Source of the DNA: Octopus vulgaris
Taxonomy: Eukaryota
Length of the DNA: 64,000 bases
Direction: 5' to 3'
Assembly (NCBI GenBank): GCA_951406725.2
Contig: OX597833.1
Location: 56,544,001-56,608,000, forward strand
The notes beneath the pieces were generated by a model. That model was given only the letters and a program-made list of their open reading frames with translations, was not told where the DNA came from and searched no databases. Below, piece by piece: positions 53,439-64,000 of the stretch (within the stretch, counting starts at the first letter, position 1; each line of letters opens with the position of its first letter). The position numbers and the translations under genes are program-made.

Positions 53439-54700
53439 AAAAAAAAAAAAAAAAAAAACCCATAAGGATTTCATTGTAAGATTGCATAGTTGGAGGTGGG
53501 TGATGTGACCAATATAATTGTTTTCAGCATATCACCACTTGAAGGATGATCCCTAGAAGAAATTGAACTGGAAATGTTTAAATACAGAACTAAATACTGA
53601 ATTTCTATTATTTTTACTACAGTAACTGCAGCTTGAAGGAGGGGAGGAGGTTTGGTAGCAGTAGCATCATACTTCAATAAAGATAGATTATTACAGAGAT
53701 TCATTTAGAATTTTGTGATGGGAAATTTAACCATGACAATAACATTTCTTCAACAACAAAACACAAAGCAATAAAGGAAAGAAGGAAATAATAATGCAAT
53801 AATCTTCTAGATCTCTCTCTATTTTTCTTACAGTTTTTTTTATAGAATTTTAATTGTTTACATTGAAACACTTAATCTTAAAGTAAATTGCATTTTTATT
53901 GTTGTAATTACCATTGTATCTGCAACAGTATTACTAAATAAATACGATAATTTTACAAGTCTTCCGACTACACACAAAATATAACATTCCAGCAAGCCAT
54001 TGAAAGAGCTTCTATGTGATATTCAACATAGAAATAGTAGTCAAATCTTCCTCAAATCACACCTTATAGTCTAAAGAAAAGATACAATATCATCATTTAA
54101 CATCCATTTTTCCATGCTTGTATAGAAAAGTGCTGAGACAGATTTTCTATGGCTGAATGCCCTTCCTGTTGCCAACCCTCACCGGTTTTTCAAAGGGAAT
54201 ATTTTTCTACAGCTAGATAAGATTTTCATGGAAGAATGGAAATGAACAATCCTGTTTGTATAACAATGATTTTCATTTACAACCATCATATGTCTCAACA
54301 AGGGTATACACACACACACACACAAACCACAACACACCACACCACATCATGATGGGCTTCTTTCAGCTTCTGCCTATCAAATCTAATCACAAGGCTTTGG
54401 TTGGCCAGGGACTGTAGTAGAAGATACTTGCCTAAGATGTCATGCAGTTGGACTGAACCCAAGACCATCTGGTTGGCAAGCAAAGCTCCTTGACCACACA
54501 GCCACACCTATGCCTACAGCAAACAAATAATACGGTCTGGAACACATAATGTTTGAAAAAGAAAAAACGAGATGGTTATGGCTGGAATAATGTCCATTAT
54601 CGATCTGCTTGATCAAGTCAAACAAGAACAACTGTAGCAGTAACAACTGCAATTATTACATCAACAACAACTTTCCTAAACCATGTCTTTATTTAGATTT

Positions 54701-55101
54701 CTGTGGCTGTGTGGTAAGTAGCTTGTTTACCAGCCACATGGTTCCAGGTTCAGTCCCACTGCGTGGCACCTTGGGCAAGTGTCTTCTACTATAGCCTCGG
54801 GCCGACCAAAGCCTTGTGAGTGGATTTGGTAGACGGAAACTGAAAGAAGCCCGTCGTATATATGTATATATATATATGCGTGTGTGTGTTTGTGTGTCTG
54901 TGTTTGTCCCCCCAACATTGCTTGACAACCGATGCTGGTGTGTTTACGTCCCCGTCACTTAGTGGTTCGGCAAAAGAGACCGACAGAATAAGTACTGGAC
55001 TTACAAAGAATAAATCCCGGGGTTGATTTGCTCGACTAAAGGCGGTGCTCCAGCATGGCCGCAGTCAAATGACTGAAACAAGTAAAAGAGTAAAAGAGTA
55101 A
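54701..55101 (+). mobile_element. SINE family A (an older inverted partial copy lies at 54340-54516)
   Basis: Near-complete copy with AAAAGAGT tail repeats. Confidence 0.85.
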
Positions 55102-55868
55102 AAGTGTATGACACCCATCTTCCCCTCCCTCCCTCCCTCTTAATTTAAGTATTGCAATTTATTAGCCCTTGCTTTCTTTTTTTTTTTGTTTTTTGGCAAA
55201 TCCATACACCACTCAACTGTCTTCAACTTGCCTCAATACTTTGTGATCTTCAAATGCTGCCTCTGCACTCTTTTCATGTTCATCGGTTATAACAGAATTC
55301 TTTTTTGGCCGTACAACAGTCAAAGGATAAGTAAAATTATAAGGCCATACGATAAAACATGTCTGTACCCTAATTACAAAATACATTCTGTTTGGTTGCA
55401 TTTAAGATAGAGATGACTCATTTCTTGTATAGTGAGTCATTCTATAGCCGGAGAATTCTGGAACTTGGAGAGAAAATGACAATTCAAACTTCCATTTTGG
55501 AGGTGCATCTTAGAAAGATGGAATGGCTATTGTTATATATTTCCCCTCTCCAACTACACAGAGACAGGCATGCAGAAAAAAGATGGCAACATTATTGCAT
55601 CTTGAACTCTTTTTTGATTTGCTGCAATAACATTTGCTTTCGTTCATTGGCTTAGAGACTATTTCTTAGTACTGAGAAAATTATCTTCAGTTCTTCCAGG
55701 CAATATATGTTGCTTATAAGGTTCTTATAAGTTTATGTTTTCAGAGATCATGAGAAAGATTTTCATCAATAAATGTGTTTTTAAGACTGAGCCAGTTATT
55801 TAGAGAGGACGTATATTTTTGGTCTACTTTACAATATTGATCACAAACATTATCTTATGATATGCACA

Positions 55869-55897
<29 letters not shown>

Positions 55898-55899
<2 letters not shown>

Positions 55900-56345
55900 C
55901 ATCATCATCATCATCATCATCGTTTAACATCCGCTTTCCATGCTAGCATGGGTTGGACAATTTGACTGAGGACTGGTGAACCAGATGGCTGCACCAAGCT
56001 CCAGTCTGATCTGGCAGAGTTTCTACAGCTGGATGCCCTTCCTAATGCCAACCACTCCGAGGGTGTAGTGGGTGCTTTTACATGCCACTAGCATGAGGGC
56101 CAATTAGGCGGTACTGGCAACGGCCATGCTCAAATAGTGTTTTTTACAAGCCATGTGTATAGGAGCCTGTCCAGTGGCACTCCGAGGGTGTAGTGGGTGC
56201 TTTTACATGCCACTAGCATGAGGGCCAATTAGGCGGTACTGGCAACGGCCATGCTCAAATAGTGTTTTTTACAAGCCATGTGCATAGGAGCCTGTCCAGT
56301 GGCACTGGCAATGACCTCTCTCGAATGTTTTTCATGTGCCACTGG
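55898..56345 (-). mobile_element. RTE 3'-UTR fragment with 125-bp tandem duplication (56053-56302)
   Basis: (CAT)n tail and core; CACTCCGAGGG unit starts at 56053 and 56178. Confidence 0.85.
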
Positions 56346-56639
56346 TACACACATTATATATATATATATATATACACACATAAACTTCGTATCTTCACCC
56401 GCCCTGCCCACCCCCACCACCAATACCGGATATCTCTATATTTTGCTCCATCTATACCGGATGTCGCTTCTCCCACCACCATTATAGGTGTCTACTCTTC
56501 GAACCCCCCTCTTCAATACGCTATTTCACCATGCATTACCCCTCTCTCGATATCCTACGTTCTACTTGCCTAGAACCTGTCATCATTTCTCTGAACCACC
56601 CCTCCCCACTGGTGCTCCCCTATATTTCTGCACCACCCC

Positions 56640-56866
56640 CCACATAAAAAGCACCATCCGAACGTGGCCGATGCCAGACCCCTCTGGCACCTGTGCAGGT
56701 GGCACGTAAAAAACACCCACTACACTCGCGGAGTGGTTGGCGTTAGGAAGGGCATCCAGCTGTAGAAACACTGCCAGACTAGATTGGAGCCTGGGGCAGT
56801 CCCGAGCTCCCCAGACCCCGGTCGAAACCGTCCAACCCGTGCTAGCGCGGAAAACGGACATTAAAC

Positions 56867-56902
<36 letters not shown>
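56640..56902 (+). mobile_element. RTE 3'-UTR fragment with (GAT)n tail
   Basis: Same core, inverted relative to the 55.9-kb copy. Confidence 0.85.
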
Positions 56903-57269
56903 ACACATATCTGATAGATAGCAAAAGCAAGTGGTTATATTCCCATCTTTTCTATTTATCTTGATCAATTGAGGCTAGTCCTATCACATCTTGGAACACA
57001 GAAAAACCAGGATTTAAAAACATTGAGGTACACATATTGAAATGATATCTAGCTATCTTTCAATGCTTCATGCTTTGCATAAGTGCACATTGGTGGATGA
57101 GGTGAAATTGTGATTGTGGAACTAAAAATGTCTCCGAATCAGAAGTTGATATTCTTTGGTTTTGAAGAAGTAAGGCAATAATTACAATTTTCAATTTTAA
57201 ACTGATATATTTGAAATAGTTGTTTTTAATTTTGCAAGAATTATTAGTTCCTATTGGATTACCATTTGT

Positions 57270-57496
57270 AAAGCCATTCGTTACTGTATTTATTTTGAGA
57301 TGCTCTGTATTGCTTTCAATTATTTTAAATATAACAAAGAATTTAGTAAAATAACTTAGTTATCACTCAGCTAGTGTTAGGAACATAAATTGCGACTAAG
57401 GTTTGGGGGAAGGTTTTAATTCAAATCTTATGAAAACAAGACATTTGTACCACAGAGCCAGAGCCGTTTTGGCTGGGTTGGTAACGAAAGGGTTAA
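57270..57496 (-). mobile_element. piggyBac-like MITE monomer (same family as 15.0 and 24.3 kb)
   Basis: Reverse complement of one unit; ends GAAAGGGTTAA. Confidence 0.85.
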
Positions 57497-58632
57497 AGAT
57501 GTAGAACCTGTTCAGGAGTGCCAAAATGGGTAGCCAATAACTAAATGCCTGGCAGGTTTAATTTACATTTATTTGATAAGGGAAGGACAGTACCAAACAA
57601 TGTTTTAAACATAACATACTAGGAAGAGGTATGACTCCATGGCCTAGGAAAATCTTAGGACACCTAAAGCCATCTCTCAAATTAGCTAAGTAATGAAATA
57701 AAGTATTTTTATAGTGAGAAAGCAATTTCAATATGAATTTTGTTTATATTTATTTTGCTACAAGAGATTCTCACACATCTGTTGTTGGTTTATAATGTAG
57801 CTATATCAATTTCCAGTCATTTACTCTTTTACTTCCTCTTCTGTGTATTTCTAATTAAATATCTAGCCATTACAACTATGAAGATACATCAAAATTGCTT
57901 TCTGTTTTTGCTTTCTTTTTATTGTTGTTCTTTCTCTCTCTCTCTCTCTCTTTGCACACCTACACAATGTACAAACAATTTGCTATGTATTTACGTGTAG
58001 GCAAACTCCACTCAGTTTCCTTTGCTTGCATCAACTGCTAAGTAGTAACAGCATCACTCACCTACCTCTTACGTATCAACAACGTTGGCATGGACTTGTA
58101 ATTCCTGCCCACATTGTGATAGTGATAAAGTACTGTTGTTAGAGTGTTGAGGAGAAGTTAAGTAAATAATAACTAATCAGAGAATGTTTTCTGCTATAAT
58201 GCAGACATTTTCCATTGTAAGATCTTCACAAATAGATACATTTTGCTAATGGCATCACTAGAAGTAAACATGTTTTAAACTTATCAAGTAAAGAGATTGA
58301 GATTATGTAAAGAACAAGCAGCTTAATTGCATAAACTAGAACATCTTTGAGAATATTTTAGACTTACAGCAATTCTTCATAAATAATGCTTCATTTCCAA
58401 GGTATTACTTAAAAGTACTAAGTTAAAGGACATTCAGATGTCCTTATGAAAAATAAAGCAACTAAATACAAATGTGAAAATTTTGTTCTACCGTTTCTTA
58501 TTCATACCATAGGGAGAATGATAAAAAAGATCAATATTTGTTCAGTCTTGTATTTCCTTAATTAAGTTTCTGCAATTAAATATCCATATACAAATACACC
58601 TAAAAACAAACACACACACACATACATCTTCA

Positions 58633-59024
58633 CAGGTGTGGCTGTGTGGTAAGAAGTTTGCTTCCCAGCCATGTGGTTCTGGGTTCAGTCCCACTGCGTA
58701 GCAGCTTAGGCAAGCATCTTCTACTATAGCCATGGGCCAACCTAAGCTTTGAGAGTGGATTTGGTAGTTGGAAACTGAAAGAAGCCTATCGTATATATAC
58801 ATGTGTGTATGTCTTTGTGCCTGTTCATCCACCACCCTTGCTTGACAACTGCAACTGGTGTTGGTTTGGTTACATCCCTGTGCAGTTCAGCAAAAGAGGC
58901 TGATAGAATAAGTACCAGGCTTTAAAAAAAAAAAGTATTGGGATTGATTCACTCAACAAAAATGCTTCAAGGCAGTGCCCCAGCATGGCCGCAGTCTAGT
59001 AACTGAAACAAGTAAAGGATAAAA
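58633..59024 (+). mobile_element. SINE family A (older copy)
   Basis: Homology to 54701-55101. Confidence 0.8.
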
Positions 59025-59747
59025 AATATATATACATATATATATATAAGCATGGAGATGGCTCTGGTGACTTCACTGGTTGCAAACTTTAGTAAGTGGA
59101 AGTTTAAAGTATCAAGTCACTTGCAAGTTGGCTTTCATTTGCTGAAATACTCTCCATTAAATGCAAATATTTCAAATTTGTTCTTTGAGGGGAAAATTGT
59201 ATTTTAGAAAAATTTCAGATATTGAAATAGTCAAAATTCAATTAAAGATGCTGTAAATAGTAACATCCAATTGTCAATCAACACTTTTATTAAAAAAAAA
59301 AAAAAGGGAGTATCTACTGAACCCTCCCCTTGTAAACAACTGTCAATGTGATGCAACGCCTGCTACATAGTAAATATTACTGGAGGGTGGATCCAAACAC
59401 GAAATCCAACCTGTCACTAAGTGACACCCACACTGTGGTAGGCTTTCAACAAAGTGGGTGTATGAAGGTAAAGGAATAATTTGATCAAGTTAAAAAAAAA
59501 AGGTACCCTATAGTTTATCATCCTCAATATTATCCTCAAGTATATTCAGATAAAGTCTAAATTTATGGTTTTACTTTTTAATATTTTTGACATGTTAAAA
59601 AAAAGTATATAGCAATTTGTTATCCCATATCTTGACTACATCAGTTGCTGTGAATTATCTTGATGGAGAACTTATTTTGATATATCTACATATATATATT
59701 TACAAATATGTTTAATTTACACTCTAATACTGCTGTTTAGAAATACA

Positions 59748-59804
<57 letters not shown>

Positions 59805-60835
59805 CCACAAACATTATGAAGATATACAGCATTATGACACTGATTTATTTCAACTGAAGTAACACATATATCAATGTAAATTATTGTTTAATATGAAGAG
59901 TTCCATCTAACATGCAGCTCTTTTACAAGGGGGATGAAAATTCTTCTTATTTAATTTTTGTTGTTGTCTTTAATCTATGACTAATGATATCTAAGTACAA
60001 ACTCTTAAACAATTCACATTAGTCTGTTGTTGCACTATATGATATCCATAAGTACAGACTAAGCTGGAAAGAAAACTACACAGTAGATAGAGTTTGAGAT
60101 AATGAATGTTTGATAAGAGCAATCAACAAATGGCATTGTTCAAATCAAAGTGAGAATAAAAAAATATAGAAAATAAAAATAATAAAAAAAAAAACACAAG
60201 AAATAAATGTTTAAAAAGCAACCTTAATATAACACATTTATATCAAAATAAATAGAGTATTTTGTGAAGAACTTGACTAGAAGTAAACCATAAATCATGT
60301 ACTACAAACACACAGAGATAGAGAAACTGAAGACAGTTATATACGAGTGGATCACAAAAAAGAAAGATCATATAGATAATACATATAAAAGGTATGAAAT
60401 GAATGAAGAATAGCAAACCATCAATAATAAAACTAATAATATTCTCATGATAATAAATAATAATTTAACAGCAGTCTAGAAGCCACAACATTTACATTTC
60501 AAAGTGTGGAAGAATAAGATGTTATAATGGAATATAAATTTAGAGTATCTTTCGCCACCTCTCTGTTTTTTTCTTCTTTCTCTACATTACACGTGCACAC
60601 ACAGAACGGAGATACATACACACACTCACATGTATTTGTACACATTTTTTTTTTCCTTTCTTACTCCCCCTCACTCTCAACATTTATCTTGTCTCCATTT
60701 TAGCTTGTCATAAAAATCTTTAGATATAATGTATTTTTTTTTTCCATGTATTCAATAAATACTTGATAAATATTCAAGTAAAACTGGACAAAATTTCTAT
60801 AGTGAAAAGGTTATTAACAATATCGTTGTTCTTAC

Positions 60836-60853
60836 CTGATCGTTAGAATTCAT
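60836..60853 (-). CDS. Candidate micro first coding exon MNSNDQ
   Basis: aaaataATG followed by a strong CAG|gtaaga donor in phase 0, compatible with the phase-0 IQ exons. Could be chance. Confidence 0.15.
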
Positions 60854-61053
60854 TATTTTAAAATTTCTTATAATGTCAATTTATATATGTATGTATATGT
60901 GTGTATGTATATGTAAATATTTTTCAATTCTGGCTCTATATACAAACATATACTTATGTATGTATGGAATTCAACTTCAGTGTATTGATTAGTCTAAGAA
61001 AGAATACAGGTAGGCACAGCTATATATATATATATGTATACATATATATATTC

Positions 61054-61086
<33 letters not shown>

Positions 61087-61118
61087 GATATATATATATA
61101 GGTATATATATGTATATA

Positions 61119-61161
<43 letters not shown>

Positions 61162-61961
61162 TATTTATACATAAATAATAAAACAAAAAAGTTCTTATTA
61201 GGAGAGATACAAGATTCAAGGAATAAAAGCAATTTTAAGGTTTGGTATAGGTGAAAATTTAGGAGGAGCCAGAAAATCCCGCCTGGCAGCTGTCATTAAA
61301 GTTAAGACTGGTTTTGGATGCTTCGAAAAATTTCTAGCAGAAAACGCAATTAACTGATAGTGAAGGATGGCAGGTTTAGATGGCTGAGCGGGTTGAAATA
61401 TTACTCCATTCACAGTTTAGCTAGTTTATGTAAACAACTAGCATGTTTCTCAGCAGCAGCAATAGCAGCAGCAGTACCACCAGAAGATAGTAGAAGAAGT
61501 GTGTGGGAAGGTGGAGGTTGCAAGAAGGTGGAAGGGAAAGACCATTTATAATAATAGTTAGAAGATAAATACAACAAAGTGAAAGACTAATTGATTGCAA
61601 CTGAAGCAGCTTCCTTGAGAGTGAGAGAAGGTACAAACCGCTGTTTGATAAGCTTCAGCAAGGATTCTAGAGACCCAACATACGTAAGCAAATGCTTGTA
61701 GGTGAAGCTATTTTCAGATGAATGTATATTCTTCTTTCAGTAATACTTACAAGACTATTTCCACCTTGGTGAGCAGTTGCCATAAAACTTATACACTTAT
61801 CATATCAAACATTCTGAAGACTATAGATATTATTTCAGACATCATTCCGTCTATTTTTAACAGAAATAATATCTTTTCTTGAACTCTTCCCCATTATTGA
61901 ATGTTAGATCTCTCTATATATTGCTCTGTATCTTCCCTTTTCTTACTTTCTTTCTTGATGC

Positions 61962-62002
<41 letters not shown>

Positions 62003-62147
62003 GTATGCACAGGTACGCACACACACAAACTTACTTTTGGCTATCTTCTTTAGATAAATGTTGGAAACTAATATTTCTTAATCATGCAAGAAATTCAGAT
62101 CATAAGTATATACGTAAATTCCCCACTACACACCCACACATAGATGC

Positions 62148-62351
<204 letters not shown>

Positions 62352-62890
62352 TGTATATAAATTTAAATTTAATAATAAAGGGTGGAAAATTAAATATTAA
62401 TTTGATTAATATCAATTTAACACCAGTGGTCTAGCATATAGAAAAATCTGAAGATTCAGAAAAATGTTATTATATATATATATAAACACGTTTAATGTGT
62501 ATGTTCACAAGCGTATATGTGTGTGGTGTGCATCATCCGTTGATCATTTCATATCTGTTTTCCATGCTGGCATGTGTTGGACAGTTTGGCAGGATCTACT
62601 AGGTGGTCTTGCTCCACTGTTTCAGTTCTGTCATGGTTTCTATGTATAGATACTCTTCTCAATCCCAACTACTTTACAGAGTGCACTGGGTGTTTTTTCT
62701 TTGTTGTTGTGGCACCAGCCCTAGTGAGGTCACCTTCTAACGTACAAAACTAAAAAGCCCCCACCACAACTGAAAGGGAGAAAAGGAGAGCGGGAGGCAG
62801 TTTTATGTGTGGTGTTGAGAGCTTAAAACATGATGGGAGGAACAGAAACAGGCTTATTGTTGAGGAGGAAATTCAGGATCCTCCTCCTGC

Positions 62891-62949
<59 letters not shown>

Positions 62950-64000
62950 GTGGGCAGAGATGAATGTAGCAGTGCCAGAAAGAGAGATAAAGATGGTAAT
63001 GATGAGGTGCTAGAAGATACTCTTGAAGTAACATGCCCAAGAGGTGAACAGAAGAGAGCATGGAGAAAGAAGGGTCAGGAAGGGTGAGTAATGGTTGCAA
63101 GCATATGGGTAGCAATAGTGGTGGTGTCAATTTGTATGACTAAAATTCTCCAAAGCAGTGCCCCAGCATGGCTGCAGTCTCATGACTGAAACCAGTAAAG
63201 ATAGAAATAGGAGTGGAGGTGGTCAAAGTTACATACAACTAGTGGGACAATAAGAATGAGGGATGAATGTCAATAGGGGATGATCCAAGGGAGAAGGAGT
63301 GATAACTAGTAGTACAAAAAAGGGGAATATATATATGCATACGTGTGTATGTGTGTGTGTAGTAACAAGTTGTTTTCATTAATTAGGATAAAAGGGTAAA
63401 GCTCTTTCCCAAGCAATACAGACTCATAGCGATGGTTTCCCACAGGATGGGATGCTGGTCAGTTGTAGGAATAGTAATTTGTGCTAGCTGAGTGGACTGG
63501 GGCAACGTGAAATGAAGTGGTTTGCTCAAGAACACAATGCATCACCTAGTCCAGGAGTCAAAACCACAATCTTATGATCATGATGCTGACACCCTAACAA
63601 CTAAGTCACACACCTTTCATTAATTACAACAGTTGATAGAAGAATGATGGAAGGATAAGAGGTAGGGAGATGAAAGAAAGGAGGAAGAAGCACATGTAGA
63701 TTTGGTAGGGACATAGAGTGATGGACCCAATTATGTACATACACATTATGCTTTCCAAACATAAGTTTTGCACAGAGAGAGAGAGAGAGAAGGGGTGCAA
63801 GGCAGACATAGATATGTTAAATATATACATAAAAAAGAGGATCCCTATCAGTTTGTGATAGAGATCTCTATCAGTCGTGAGTATTCCAGTTATTTGATCA
63901 GCTGAAGTGCCTAATCATTGAATTAAGTGACTGAATATTCCACAGACATTTGTATCCTTAACATAATTATCAGGCAGAATCAGAATCAGCAAGACAGCAC

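Noticed and set aside
55213-55401. Possible mariner N-terminal relic (RPKKNSVITDEH...)
   Set aside because: Similarity too weak to call by eye; no TIRs found.
61216-61413. 65-aa minus-strand ORF
   Set aside because: No homology or convincing splice context; treated as possibly regulatory instead.

Overview
AT-rich, repeat-dense eukaryotic genomic DNA. The SINE, RTE-LINE and microsatellite content looks like an octopus (coleoid cephalopod) genome; this is inferred from repeat families I recall, not verified. Almost all ORFs in the supplied track are artefacts of microsatellites and repeats. There are two credible host coding signals, both on the minus strand. One is a His-rich protein or terminal exon with two calmodulin-binding IQ motifs (1799-2281). 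The other is a 78-bp GAP-43/neurogranin-like IQ exon (44413-44490) that is too short for the ORF track. Both carry the same 13-bp motif at identical spacing upstream and both are phase 0, suggesting one long-intron IQ gene or a duplicated pair. Mobile DNA includes a young 5'-truncated RTE LINE with a PHD finger inside its RT, older LINE relics, three or more SINE families, MITEs (Merlin-like, piggyBac-like including a repeated dimer, mariner-like, hAT-like) and a possible solo LTR. A structured-RNA hotspot at 38.3-39.5 kb holds a perfect 72-bp hairpin, a hammerhead-ribozyme-like motif and a 5S-rRNA-headed SINE-like element. A tRNA-like gene sits inside a direct-repeat unit at 42.5-42.8 kb. Repeat boundaries were read by eye and are approximate unless TSDs or TIRs are quoted.
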